A stretch of 64,000 nt of DNA, taken from the NCBI GenBank assembly GCA_003154195.1, contig PMCS01000008.1, forward strand, positions 143,366-207,365, written 5' to 3'. The notes beneath the pieces are model-generated. The model made no database searches. It was given only the letters and a program-made list of their open reading frames with translations, and was not told the origin of the DNA. A program made the position numbers and the translations under genes. This DNA comes from Candidatus Omnitrophota bacterium. GTDB taxonomy: Bacteria; Omnitrophota; Gorgyraeia; Duberdicusellales; 4484-171. Within the stretch, counting starts at the first letter, position 1. Each line of letters starts with the position of its first letter. Positions 20,970-30,795 of this stretch are shown one piece after another.

Positions 20970-21225
20970 TGCTGTTTTCTAAAAACCTCTTTAGTTCTTC
21001 AAACGCCTGCCGAGCGTCAATGCCTTCAACAATTAATTTAACGCTCATACCTTTATTTACACCCAGGCTCAAAATGGCGATTATCGACCTTCCGTCAACA
21101 ATCTCGCCCTTCCCCAACTGTATGGAAGAATCAAACTTGTTGGCGATTTGGACAAAAATTGCCGCGGGACGCGCGTGCAAACCGTTAGGATTATTTACGA
21201 TAATTTGACACTCAATCTTTTCCAT
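20962..21225 (-). CDS. ptsH: Phosphocarrier HPr
   Basis: GLHARPA (His15), DGRSII (Ser46). Confidence 0.95.
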   Translation of the reverse strand: MEKIECQIIVNNPNGLHARPAAIFVQIANKFDSSIQLGKGEIVDGRSIIAILSLGVNKGMSVKLIVEGIDARQAFEELKRFLENSND

Positions 21226-22511
21226 CGTTTTTTCCCATAATTATAAATATTCATTATTTCTTTTGCCGTTCTCGCGCTGTCATGACGAAGATAATTGCTT
21301 TTACTGACAATATCGGCCTCAAAAACCATTACGCCCATTTTCTTCAGCCTTTCCCGGTCGAGAATCACAGGAAACGACTTTTCCTGCGCGTATTTCAAGA
21401 GAAGTTCATATTCCAGGCGGCCGGAATTTATCAGACAGCAATTAGCTATACTTCTTTTTGAATGAGCAAGGATTGCCTCGAAGTGGTCGGCGGCAGTGAA
21501 CCCGTCGGCTTCTCCCGGTTGAGTCATAACGTTGCAAATATAAACCTTTAATACGCACTTTCGGAAAATCTCTTCTTTTATCTGCTCAATCAGAATATTG
21601 GGAATAATACTGGTAAAAATACTTCCCGGACCAAGGATAATTATCTCCGCTGCCCTTATCGCTTCGATAGCCTTAGGGTTAGGCTTAACATCCTGGGGAA
21701 TTAAGGATACTCTTTTTATTAATTTACCGGCCACGGGAATCTTATCCTCGCCTTCCTTAACCGTACCATCTGTATACTCTGCTCTGAGCCTTATCTTATC
21801 AAGGCTGGAAGGAATTACCCTGCCGGTTATCGCCAAAACTTTGCTCGATTCTTCGATTGCCTCCTCGAAACTTCCCGTAATCTGGGTCATCGCGGTGATA
21901 AAAAGATTACCGAAACTATGCCCCTTAATACCGTCGCCCTCTTTAAAGCGGTACTGGAACAACTCCCTCATCAATCGGGGAGCCTCCGCTAAAGAAACAA
22001 GGCAGTTGCGTATATCTCCCGGCGGTAAAATACCGAATTCTTCGCGCAAGCGTCCCGAGGATCCGCCTTCATCGGCAACCGCGACGATCGCCGTAATATT
22101 AGCAGTGTATTCCTTCAACCCTTCCAGTATCGTCGACAGGCCGGTCCCTCCGCCGACGGCAACAATCTTTGGGCCTTTTAGCAAAAAACGTTTTTCGTAA
22201 ATAATGTCAATGAGCTCTTTGTTTTTTTGGGGAAAAATCACCTCAAAAAAACTTTTTATCAAGGACTTAAAACCGGCGAAAAATGCGATGAATGCGAAGA
22301 AAGATAATAACGCGTCAAAAATTTTCAAGAGAAGCGAGGTATCTCTTCCAAAATGGTATACCCCAAACAACATCAAAAAAAATCCGGCTAACAATAAAGT
22401 AACCCATCTTTTTACTTTCAAGCCGGGGTAGAACCATTTTATAACCTTTAAAAACTTTTTTAGTTGACCGGAATTTTGCTCATTATTATTTTTATTATTA
22501 AATGAACTCAT
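21195..22511 (-). CDS. YvcK/GlmR (CofD-like) UDP-GlcNAc-binding protein with N-terminal membrane segment
   Basis: GGGTGLS, DEGGSSGRLR, PPGDIRNC, GHSFGNL, NVMTQPGE. Confidence 0.92.
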   Translation of the reverse strand: MSSFNNKNNNEQNSGQLKKFLKVIKWFYPGLKVKRWVTLLLAGFFLMLFGVYHFGRDTSLLLKIFDALLSFFAFIAFFAGFKSLIKSFFEVIFPQKNKELIDIIYEKRFLLKGPKIVAVGGGTGLSTILEGLKEYTANITAIVAVADEGGSSGRLREEFGILPPGDIRNCLVSLAEAPRLMRELFQYRFKEGDGIKGHSFGNLFITAMTQITGSFEEAIEESSKVLAITGRVIPSSLDKIRLRAEYTDGTVKEGEDKIPVAGKLIKRVSLIPQDVKPNPKAIEAIRAAEIIILGPGSIFTSIIPNILIEQIKEEIFRKCVLKVYICNVMTQPGEADGFTAADHFEAILAHSKRSIANCCLINSGRLEYELLLKYAQEKSFPVILDRERLKKMGVMVFEADIVSKSNYLRHDSARTAKEIMNIYNYGKKRWKRLSVKLS

Positions 22512-22984
22512 TTTATTATATGATTCTGCTTACTGAGCATCGCCAGGACTTCTGCCTCATTTTTCGCTTCTTTCAACCGCTGCACAAAATATTTGTCGCG
22601 CAGCATCCTCGCTAAAAAAGCAAGCATCTTTAAATGAAGACCGGCTTCTTTCTGGTTGGACAAAAGCAGCACAATTATATTTACCGGCCCCTGGTCCAAA
22701 GCGTCAAAATCCAATCCTTCTTTAGCGATGACCAAACAAAGAACAACATCTTTAACAAAATCCACTCGGGCGTGAGGAAGAGCGATAGAACCGCCGATCG
22801 CGGTAGACCCCATTTCTTCTCTTTGCAAAAGAACCTTTAAAACTTCCTTTTTGTTGTCTTTTTTAATCTTCTTTTTATCGACAAGATGATCCAGGATCAC
22901 TGAAAGTATGTTTTTTTTGCTCTTTTGTTTTAATCCGATAATTACGTTGTCTTTTTCGAGATATTCAAGAATGTTAATATCCAT
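22508..22984 (-). CDS. PTS IIA (Ntr/fructose-type) domain protein
   Basis: REEMGSTAIG..IALPHAR, DFDALD. Confidence 0.92.
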   Translation of the reverse strand: MDINILEYLEKDNVIIGLKQKSKKNILSVILDHLVDKKKIKKDNKKEVLKVLLQREEMGSTAIGGSIALPHARVDFVKDVVLCLVIAKEGLDFDALDQGPVNIIVLLLSNQKEAGLHLKMLAFLARMLRDKYFVQRLKEAKNEAEVLAMLSKQNHIIK

Positions 22985-23083
22985 ATTTTTTACTCCGTAA
23001 TAAAAGATTCCTTACCGCCGATATCATTACGGCGGAATAATTTGAAGGGTAATTTTTATTTTTTGCGAAACAAAAAATAAAAA

Positions 23084-23160
23084 TGGAGCGGGCGAAGGGA
23101 ATTGAACCCTCAACCTCCACGTTGGCAACGTGACGCTCTAGCCGGTTGAGCTACACCCGC
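23084..23160 (-). tRNA. tRNA-Gly(GCC)
   Basis: Cloverleaf GCGGGTGTAGCTCA...TTGCCAA...GGTTCAATTCC...CCCGCTCCA, CCA encoded. Confidence 0.96.
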
Positions 23161-23161
23161 G

Positions 23162-23207
23162 CTAATCCAATACTAATTTTCCTATAGGAAAATTAGTATT
23201 GGATTAG
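23162..23207. repeat. Perfect 46-bp palindrome with no loop
   Basis: ctaatccaatactaattttccta|taggaaaattagtattggattag. Confidence 0.93.
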
Positions 23208-23327
23208 ATGACCAAAAAATGCGCTTCACTCATTTTTCGGATTAATAAATATTTACGAATTTTCTATTTCCATTTTGCATTGATCAATGAACATTAGACA
23301 ATGATCAATTTAAAATGATATAACACA

Positions 23328-23413
23328 TGCCGGGAGAGGGATTTGAACCCCCACGCCCTTTTAAAGGCACTGGGTTCTAAGCCCAGCACGTCTGCCAGTT
23401 CCGCCATCCCGGC
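23328..23413 (-). tRNA. tRNA-Leu(TAG)
   Basis: GCCGGGATGGCGGAACTGGCAGACG..CTGGGCTTAGAACCCAG, long variable arm, GGTTCAAATCC; no encoded CCA. Confidence 0.95.
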
Positions 23414-23731
23414 AGTACTTTTATTTCAGCCATAAGCTCTCCCCTACCGCCATTACTTATCAAATAAACAAAGCATTGCGGGAACAACGAATTTAAAGCA
23501 TAAGTCGCGTTTCGCGCGACCGTTGTTGCCGCCATCCCGGCAGTACTTGAAAAAATGTTTTGCCGCTCAACACGAGATTTTATAACCAGGTAGCCGACAA
23601 TTCTCTCCCGCCACAATAATTTAAAGAACAAATGTATTTTTAACTATTTCCTTCTTCCTCTCTTTCTTTCTATTTTTTGGATGGCGTCAGGATTAATTTT
23701 CCCGGCTGTACCCGGTCGGGAAAATTAAAAG

Positions 23732-23804
23732 TGAGCCGCCCGAGGATCGAACTCGGCACAACCTGCTTAAAAGGCAGGTGCTCTACCAACTGAGCTAGCG
23801 GCCC
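23732..23804 (-). tRNA. tRNA-Lys(TTT)
   Basis: GGGCCGCTAGCTCAGTTGGTAGAGC..CCTGCCTTTTAAGCAGG..GTTCGATCC. Confidence 0.95.
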
Positions 23805-23810
23805 GATAAA

Positions 23811-23923
23811 ACGATGATCGCTGATTAGAAGATGCTGACGATCACTGATAAATACTATAAACGCCTATCCCGTATTAGTTATCAGCGGTCATCTGTTGAT
23901 TTTCAATCTGCGATCATCATCGT
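23811..23923 (-). repeat. Family A inverted cassette, copy 2 (opposite orientation)
   Basis: gatgatcgctgattagaagatgctgacgatcactgata ... atcagcggtcatctgttgattttcaatctgcgatcatc, the reverse complement of the copy 1 layout. Confidence 0.88.
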
Positions 23924-24484
23924 TTAGAATTCTTTCAACTCTTTCTCTTTGTCCGCCAGCAATTTATCTAATTCCTTGGTATATTTATCAGTTAACTTCT
24001 GAAGTTCCTCATCCGCCTTAAACTTTTCGTCTTCAGAAATTTTCTTGTCTTTCTCTAAAGTCTTTATCTTATCTTTTCCATCCTGGCGTATTGTCCTGAT
24101 TGAAACCTTACCTTCTTCGTCCACCTTCTTAACAATCTTTATCAAATCATTACGGCGTTCCTGGGACAACGGCGGAACGACAAGCCTGATTAATTTACCA
24201 TCAACCATCGGGGTAATCCCTAAATCGGATTGTAAAATTGCTTTTTCGATATCCTTTAATGCCGTCGGGTCATAAGGATTTATAACCACGAGGCGCGCTT
24301 CGGGGATACCTATCGTAGCGATTTCTTTCAATAGCATCGGGGTACCATAATAATCAACTCGGATACCTTCTACCATCTTGGGATTAGCCCGGCCGGAACG
24401 CAGTTCGGAAAACTCGCGCTTAGTCGCCTCAATAGCTTTTTTCATCGCGTTTTCAGTATCGATTAAGACTTGCTTGGAAAGCAT
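23924..24484 (-). CDS. frr: Ribosome recycling factor
   Basis: RSGRANP, VDYYG, PPLSQERR. Confidence 0.97.
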   Translation of the reverse strand: MLSKQVLIDTENAMKKAIEATKREFSELRSGRANPKMVEGIRVDYYGTPMLLKEIATIGIPEARLVVINPYDPTALKDIEKAILQSDLGITPMVDGKLIRLVVPPLSQERRNDLIKIVKKVDEEGKVSIRTIRQDGKDKIKTLEKDKKISEDEKFKADEELQKLTDKYTKELDKLLADKEKELKEF

Positions 24485-24498
24485 GATTAACTCCTTGT

Positions 24499-24623
24499 AA
24501 CACAGATGATCGCCGATTAAAAATCAACTGATGATCACAGATAAAAAAATTAAATCCCAAATCGCAAATTTCTAAAACCTATCTGCGATCATCTGCATCT
24601 TCCAATCTGTGGTCATCTGCGTT
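24499..24623 (+). repeat. Family A inverted cassette, copy 3
   Basis: cacagatgatcgccgattaaaaatcaactgatgatcacagat ... atctgcgatcatctgcatcttccaatctgtggtcatctgcg. Confidence 0.9.
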
Positions 24624-24624
24624 T

Positions 24625-25338
24625 TTAGCTGACTCTCGTCCCTATATCTTTCCCTAAGACGACTTTTTTTAAATTACCCTTTTCCAGAAAAGAAAAAACT
24701 AAAATCGGAAGTTTATTCTCCATACATAAAGTTACGGCCGTTGAATCCATAACCTTCAGTTCTTTATTTATTACATCCATATAGGACAATCTTTTAAAAA
24801 ATTTGGCGTCTTTATTCTGCAATGGATCCGCGGAATAGACCCCGTCGACTTTTGTCCCTTTTAATAAAATATCCGCGTCGACCTCTACACTTTTTAGAGC
24901 CGCAGCGGTATCGGTAGTAAAATAAGGGTTGCCGGTTCCCGCGACAAATACCACAACTCGTTTTTTTTCCAGATGACGGATGGCCCGCCTTCTTATATAC
25001 GGCTCGGCAATCTGGTGCATTTCGATAGCGGTTATAACTCTGGTAGGGATTCCCGCTTTCTCTAAAGCGTTTTGCAAAGCTAAACCGTTTATGACTGTAG
25101 CAAGCATACCCATGTAATCGGCAACGGTACGCTCCATCTCAAATTCTTTTGAACGAGCCGCGCCTCTAAAAATATTCCCACCGCCGATAACCAGGGCGAC
25201 CTCAACCCCCAAGTCGACGACTTCTTTTATTTCTTCGGCTAGATAGGCGAGTATTGCCGCGTCGATACCGTGAGAATGCTGGCCCAGCAACGCTTCCCCG
25301 CTTAACTTTAAAAGAATTCTTTTAAATTTCGCTTTCAT
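24625..25338 (-). CDS. pyrH: UMP kinase
   Basis: [29 protein letters not shown]; start placed at MKAKF. Confidence 0.96.
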   Translation of the reverse strand: MKAKFKRILLKLSGEALLGQHSHGIDAAILAYLAEEIKEVVDLGVEVALVIGGGNIFRGAARSKEFEMERTVADYMGMLATVINGLALQNALEKAGIPTRVITAIEMHQIAEPYIRRRAIRHLEKKRVVVFVAGTGNPYFTTDTAAALKSVEVDADILLKGTKVDGVYSADPLQNKDAKFFKRLSYMDVINKELKVMDSTAVTLCMENKLPILVFSFLEKGNLKKVVLGKDIGTRVS

Positions 25339-25538
25339 TATTTTTTTGCTTCGCAAAAAATCTTCCCCGCTTCGCGGATGAAAAAAAGAAAGAATATCCT
25401 TAACCAGAAAAATACGTTTACTCATTTTTCCGGTTAATCCATTAACCGTACCATTATTTGTTCAAGGCTAATTTTATGGCTGTATTCAGCCGGAAAGATT
25501 AAAATATATAATCATTTTGCGCTGTCGGCGCAAAATGA

Positions 25539-26057
25539 TTATTCACCCAGAGAAAAACGACTGAATCGCCGGATAATTATGTTTTCTCCTGTCTGGGCGA
25601 CAACATTCTTTAAATATTCGCTGACGGTAATCTGGTTATCTTTGACATAGGCCTGGTTAAGCAGGCAGTGCTGTTTGACGAATTCATCGGCGTTCTCTGC
25701 TTTCGCAAGGACATCGGCCGGAATATCTTCTTTCTTGATATATAACGGGCTTAGCGCGGCGACATGCATGGCGATATCTTTGACGAATTTTTTAAAATTA
25801 TCTGTCCGGGCGACGAAATCGGTTTCGCAGTTAATCTCGATAATCGCTCCCAGGTTACCGCCGAAGTGTATATATGATTCGATCAAGCCTTGCGAAGTCG
25901 CACGGCCGCTTTTTTTATCAATAACCTGAGCCCCTCTTTCCCTTAAAACCTTAAGCGCCTTATCAAAATCGCCTCTGGCTTCTTCAAGCGCTTTTTTACA
26001 CTCATTAATCCCCATCGAAGTCATTTCTCTTAATTTCTTTACATCTTCCACGCCCAT
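25539..26057 (-). CDS. tsf: Elongation factor Ts (short form)
   Basis: VKKLREMT, CKKAL, EINCETDFVA. Confidence 0.96.
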   Translation of the reverse strand: MGVEDVKKLREMTSMGINECKKALEEARGDFDKALKVLRERGAQVIDKKSGRATSQGLIESYIHFGGNLGAIIEINCETDFVARTDNFKKFVKDIAMHVAALSPLYIKKEDIPADVLAKAENADEFVKQHCLLNQAYVKDNQITVSEYLKNVVAQTGENIIIRRFSRFSLGE

Positions 26058-26098
26058 CTTGATTACCCCCTTTAAGACACCCGCTTTATATTGAAAAC

Positions 26099-26218
26099 GG
26101 TTAGGGCAAAGGTAAGGATGCCGGTATAGGTTAGGGTTAAGGTAACGGCTAAAGAAATTGTTTTAAACCCTTAACATTACCATAACCCAAACCGGCTTTG
26201 CAACCTTAGCCCTAGCCT
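26099..26218. repeat. Inverted cassette with 6-mer tandem arms (GGTTAG-like)
   Basis: ggttag ggcaaa ggtaag ... ggttag ggttaa ggtaac ... cttaac attacc ataacc caaacc ... cttagc cctagc. Confidence 0.85.
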
Positions 26219-26256
26219 ATTTATCATTACCGGCTTTCTAAATCTCGCTCCGCCCC

Positions 26257-27123
26257 TTATACTTCCTTCTGCTGCGCCCGGCGCTTAGCTTCTTTTTTTT
26301 CTTCCTCTTCGGCTTTAAGTTTTTCGTCTAAATCCTCATACTTACTCACATCGGGTTCATCTTTACCGGAAGCATCCCCGCCGGATTTTTCAGCAGCCAA
26401 CCGGGCCTTTTCGCTCTCCGCCTGGATTATTTCTTCTGCTTTTTTAGTACCATTCTTAACTGCCGCCGCGATGCAAGAAGTTATATATTTGACTGATTTT
26501 ATCGCGTCATCGTTACCCGGGATAGGATATTCCGCCACATCGGGATCGGCATCGGTATCTACCAACGCAATAATCGGAATGGAAAGCTTATTCGCTTCTC
26601 GAACGCAAGCAATTTCCTTTTTAGGGTCTACCACAAATACGCAAGCGGGAAGTTCATCTAAATCCTTCACGCCTGTATAATTTCTATCCATTCGACTCAA
26701 CTGCCGGTTAAGCCGCACCACTTCTTTCCGCGGCATCTTAGCGAAATCGCCTTTCTCCTTTTTTTCGAGAATAGAAATATAGGTCTTTACCCTTCCCCTT
26801 ATGGTGGAAAAATTAGTTAAAAATCCGCCTACCCAACGGTCAATTATATGAGGCATGCCGCAGTCTTGCGCCTGCTCTTTTAATAATTCCCGGAATTGCT
26901 TCTTGGTCGCCACGAAAAGAATCTTTCCGCCGCTCTGCGCTACATTCTTAGCGAATTCCTTAGCTTCCTCTAATTTCTTGGCGGTCTTTTCTAAATCAAT
27001 AATGTAAACATCTTTCTTCTTCCCGAAGATAAATTTTTTCATTTTGGGGTTCCAGTGTTTGCTGAGATGCCCAAAATGCACCCCGTTCTCCAATAGTTGC
27101 TTGATCACTTCCGGTAACGACAT
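26257..27123 (-). CDS. rpsB: 30S ribosomal protein S2
   Basis: GVHFGH, WNPKM, RWVGGFLTNF, PGNDDAIKS; AAGGAGG before MSLPEV. Confidence 0.97.
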   Translation of the reverse strand: MSLPEVIKQLLENGVHFGHLSKHWNPKMKKFIFGKKKDVYIIDLEKTAKKLEEAKEFAKNVAQSGGKILFVATKKQFRELLKEQAQDCGMPHIIDRWVGGFLTNFSTIRGRVKTYISILEKKEKGDFAKMPRKEVVRLNRQLSRMDRNYTGVKDLDELPACVFVVDPKKEIACVREANKLSIPIIALVDTDADPDVAEYPIPGNDDAIKSVKYITSCIAAAVKNGTKKAEEIIQAESEKARLAAEKSGGDASGKDEPDVSKYEDLDEKLKAEEEEKKEAKRRAQQKEV

Positions 27124-27439
27124 GTTTTCGCGGCCTCCTTTAAATTCGGCCAAAATAGCATATTACCCTCTGGCCTAATTTACATGCCTCAGTAATGCTA
27201 ATTTGCCCTTAAAATAATATATATTCTCTTAGATTGGGCTAATAATTGCCATAGAATACACCTCACCCCTATGGCACAAGCCCCCCCCAAACTGTTTCAA
27301 AAGTATACCATATTTCTTTTTATTTGCAATATTTAGTTTTCGCCGAAAACCCCCGGCGAAAACTAAATATCATTCCCATTCGATACTCAATTTATTTTTT
27401 TACATCCTAACGTTTTTACTATAAATTTTCCTCTTATTT

Positions 27440-27490
27440 TTATAAGGGAAAGTTTAAAAACCGTAGGTTTTCATTCATCTGATTTCGGCA
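27440..27490 (-). mobile_element. Family K element, 'empty' form
   Basis: Reverse strand reads tgccgaaatcagatgaatgaaaacctacggtttttaaactttcccttata. It matches 45503-45596 and 29425-29510 but lacks their internal hairpin. Confidence 0.7.
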
Positions 27491-27518
27491 ATCGCCGCGA
27501 CTGCGGCTATTGTCGAAA

Positions 27519-29330
27519 TCAGGCGCGAAATTGCATTTCGTGCAGTTTTTTGTACAAGGTATCGCCGGATAGAAGCAAAGCATGGCTGCCCGCCTCGACA
27601 ATCCGCCCTTTATCCAAAACTAATATCTTATCCGCCTTCTGAACCGTAGACAGCCGGTGAGCAATAATAAATGCCGTACGGTTGCCGGCTAAAAGATTAT
27701 AAAAAGCCTCCTGCACTACCTTTTCCGATTTAGAATCAAGGCTGCTGGTCGCTTCATCGAGGATAAGAATCGGCGCGTCCTTTAAAATAGCTCTCGCGAT
27801 CGCAACCCGCTGGCGTTCCCCGCCGGATAACCGGAAACCCCGGTCACCGATCACGGTATCAAACCCTCTAGGAAGTTTTTCGATAAAATCGTAGGCATAA
27901 GCCTTTTTCGCCGCTTCAATGATTTCCGCTTCGCTCGCGCCTTCTCTGCCATAGCCGATATTATCGCGGACGGTCGAATTGAACAGGACCATTTCCTGCG
28001 AAACAACCGCGATCATCGACCTTAAAGGTTTCAGCTTAAATTCTTTGGTATCGACGCCGTCGATTAATATTCTGCCCCTCTGGGGGTCGTAAAGCCGGGG
28101 CAATAACCCCACCAGAGACGTCTTACCGGCGCCGGAGTAACCGACGATGGCAATCGTTTCTCCCCTTTTGACCTCAAGGTTGATCTCGGATAAAACATAA
28201 TCCGAATCATATTTAAACCAGACATTCTCGAAAGTGATCTTTTCTTTAAATTCTCTTATATCTTTAGCGTTGCCCATTTCCTTAATCCGCGGCTCTTCGT
28301 TAAGAATATCATAAATCCGGTTGGAAGCGGCAATCGCCTGCTGATTTATCACATGCGCCGCCGAAAGCTTCTTAAACGGTTTCATCATCTGCAAAAGCGC
28401 AGCCATATATACCGCGAAAAAACCAAATGACATCACCCCGCTGATCACATCTTTTCCCACGATCCAGAGAATCGCGATGGCGCCGATCGAGCCGGCAAAT
28501 TCCGTGAACGGCGTTAGAAAAGTCATCCGCTTAACACTACTTAAGTTAAATTTATAATAATGATAATTGATATCCTTGAACCGTTTCAGCTCATAATCCT
28601 CGCGGCAAAAGACCTTGACGATATAAGCCCCCTGTATCGTTTCGGCCAGTAAGGTATTCAAATCCGCCATCTTTTCCTGCGTCGCGCGGCTTAACTTTTT
28701 GACGCGTTTGCCGATGCTGACTACCGGCCAGATAAAAAAAGGGGCGGTGCCCAGGGCGATTAATGTAAGGTCCCAGCGTAAATACAGCGTCATAAAAGTA
28801 AAAACGACAAGCTGCATCGAATGTAAAATAACGTCGCTAAGACCGAAAGAAATCGCGTTGGCGATAAAACCGACATCGGTAGTGATGCGCGAAATAAGTT
28901 CGCCGGCGCGTTTTTTAGAATAAAAATCCAACGATAAATCCTGCAATTTAGCATAAAGCCGGTCCTTGACTTCGCGCATCGCGGCTTGCGCCACGACATT
29001 CATCAGGTAGGACTGGAAAAAGAAAAATACCCCCTTAACGATAATCAATGTCGGGATGACGATAAGCATCCCTTTTAAGATAACCAGGGGCGGCAAACTG
29101 TTAAGCTTAGCGACGAAACCCGAGAGAAACGGCGGAAGCCCCCGCGGCGCGATAATTTTACCGGGGGTCAATACCCGATCGAGAATAGGCACGAGCATGC
29201 CTAAACTCACGCCGTCAAAAATAGTGGAAATGGCCATAAAAATAGAGGCTAAAACCAGATTGGCCTTTTGCGGCGTGACAAATTTAAGCAGTTTAAAATA
29301 ATCTTTGAGATATTTTGTGGTTTTGCTCAT
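27519..29330 (-). CDS. ABC exporter, MsbA-like lipid A flippase
   Basis: TMD plus NBD with GYSGAGKT, LSGGERQR, LDEATS; divergent from the lpxB unit. Confidence 0.9.
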   Translation of the reverse strand: MSKTTKYLKDYFKLLKFVTPQKANLVLASIFMAISTIFDGVSLGMLVPILDRVLTPGKIIAPRGLPPFLSGFVAKLNSLPPLVILKGMLIVIPTLIIVKGVFFFFQSYLMNVVAQAAMREVKDRLYAKLQDLSLDFYSKKRAGELISRITTDVGFIANAISFGLSDVILHSMQLVVFTFMTLYLRWDLTLIALGTAPFFIWPVVSIGKRVKKLSRATQEKMADLNTLLAETIQGAYIVKVFCREDYELKRFKDINYHYYKFNLSSVKRMTFLTPFTEFAGSIGAIAILWIVGKDVISGVMSFGFFAVYMAALLQMMKPFKKLSAAHVINQQAIAASNRIYDILNEEPRIKEMGNAKDIREFKEKITFENVWFKYDSDYVLSEINLEVKRGETIAIVGYSGAGKTSLVGLLPRLYDPQRGRILIDGVDTKEFKLKPLRSMIAVVSQEMVLFNSTVRDNIGYGREGASEAEIIEAAKKAYAYDFIEKLPRGFDTVIGDRGFRLSGGERQRVAIARAILKDAPILILDEATSSLDSKSEKVVQEAFYNLLAGNRTAFIIAHRLSTVQKADKILVLDKGRIVEAGSHALLLSGDTLYKKLHEMQFRA

Positions 29331-29424
29331 AAAAAAATTTCTTACAACCGGCTATCGCCGGAATTTTTTTATCTGTTTTGCCCGCCACAAATAATCAATA
29401 TTTAGGCGGGTCCGCCTTTGGCGG

Positions 29425-29510
29425 AAAAACCTATGATGCGGTTTTTCCGCTGAAAACGAGACTTCGCCAAAAGTTAGAAACTTTCGGCGAGCAAACTTTC
29501 CCTTTTTTAT
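29425..29510 (+). mobile_element. Family K element with internal hairpin
   Basis: aaaacctatg..ggtttttccgc..cgagacttcgccaaaagttagaaactttcggcgagcaaactttccc. Confidence 0.7.
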
Positions 29511-29724
29511 AGGAATAGTCAATCCTACGGGGGGATAAACAAGATTAATGATTGTATCACGCCAATTGACTTTGCTCAACTAAAAACAATGCGTTATTGC
29601 GCCCAGTTTGAATTATGATATAATTTCTTCGGTGAATAAAAATCAAAAAGTATTATTTTTGCGTTGCATCTTATCCCATCCGCGAAGCGGATGGCGGTTA
29701 TTTTTTTACGGAGTACCCAAAGGG

Positions 29725-29782
29725 TAATTCGACTACCGCCTCGCGCGGCGCCCTTCGGGCTTGCGCTCGTTAAGTCTCATTA
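29725..29782 (+). mobile_element. MITE-like element, family J
   Basis: taattcgactaccgcctc...cccttcgggc...aagtctcatta. Confidence 0.72.
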
Positions 29783-29792
29783 AAAAAATAAT

Positions 29793-30689
29793 ATGAGAGT
29801 AGCCGTAATCGGAATCGGAAAATTAGGCAGCATTCATCTACGTATCTACCGGGAGATTACCGGAATAGAGAAGGTCTACGTCGTCGATACCGACCCGGCA
29901 AAACTTCCTGCACCGGACGGCGTCGAATATCTTGCGGACTACCGCAGCCTTTTGGGCAAGGTCGACATGGCCAGCATCGCCACCCCCACGACTACCCACT
30001 TTAAAATCGCCAAATTCTTCCTGGAACATAAAATACCGGTTTTAGTGGAAAAACCGCTCACCCAGAACCTAAAAGAAGCCGCTAAGTTGGTCTCTCTTTC
30101 GAAAAAAAACAAAACTCTGCTCTGCGTCGGCCACGTCGAACGTTACAATAACGCCTATTTAGCCATAAAAAAAATCATCAAAAACCCGATTTTTATCGAA
30201 TGTCACCGGCTCAGCCCTTACCCCTACCGTTCTCTCGACATCAGCGTTGTCCTCGATTTGATGATCCATGACCTGGACATCATCCAATACCTCGTAAAAG
30301 ATAAAATCAAAAGAATCGAGGCCAAGGGCGTGAAGGTCCTTTCTAAATCCGAAGATATCGCCAACGCCAGGATTACTTTTGCCAAAGGCTGCGTTGCCAA
30401 CATCACCTCATCGCGGGTATCGGCAAAAAAAGAAAGGAAACTGCGTATTTTCATGCATAACGCCTATATCTCCATGGACTACGCCGAACAGCAGGCGGAA
30501 GTATATAAAAAAAGCGGCAATCAGATCATTAAGGAACTCCTGCCGATCAATAAAGAAGAATCGTTAAAAAACGAGATCATCCATTTCGTCGAGCTAGTAA
30601 AAAATAAAACCTTCGCCATCGAATACGCCGAAAAAGCCAAAGACGCTTTGGCGTTAGCGTTACGAGTGCAGAGAGAGATAACGAAATAA
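29793..30689 (+). CDS. Gfo/Idh/MocA oxidoreductase (GnnA-like UDP-GlcNAc 3-dehydrogenase)
   Basis: GIGKLG, VLVEKP, GHVERYN, DLMIHDLD; directly upstream of lpxB. Confidence 0.85.
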   Translation: MRVAVIGIGKLGSIHLRIYREITGIEKVYVVDTDPAKLPAPDGVEYLADYRSLLGKVDMASIATPTTTHFKIAKFFLEHKIPVLVEKPLTQNLKEAAKLVSLSKKNKTLLCVGHVERYNNAYLAIKKIIKNPIFIECHRLSPYPYRSLDISVVLDLMIHDLDIIQYLVKDKIKRIEAKGVKVLSKSEDIANARITFAKGCVANITSSRVSAKKERKLRIFMHNAYISMDYAEQQAEVYKKSGNQIIKELLPINKEESLKNEIIHFVELVKNKTFAIEYAEKAKDALALALRVQREITK

Positions 30690-30691
30690 TA

Positions 30692-30789
30692 TGTAGGGGC
30701 CGGCCCCTGTGCCGGCCCGTTACAAATAATAAAATAAACAATAACCATCGATAAATCATAGCGGGCGGACACACCGGTCCGCCCCTACA
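30692..30789. repeat. GTAG-type REP doublet (REPIN-like)
   Basis: tgtaggggccggcccctgtgccggcccg ... cgggcggacacaccggtccgcccctaca; a related half copy lies at 61356-61383. Confidence 0.82.
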
Positions 30790-30795
30790 ATTATT

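Noticed and set aside
23377-23631. 84-aa ORF
   Set aside because: It overlaps tRNA-Leu and the duplicated segment and has no protein features.
25339-25425. N-terminal extension of PyrH (also those of RpsB, GT2, DusB and HigA in the ORF track)
   Set aside because: Upstream in-frame starts run through hairpin DNA or the adjacent gene. Downstream ATGs fit the family start and, in most cases, an RBS.
25539-26057. Short EF-Ts as a truncation
   Set aside because: Short EF-Ts forms are well known and the gene ends with the normal RRFSRF motif.
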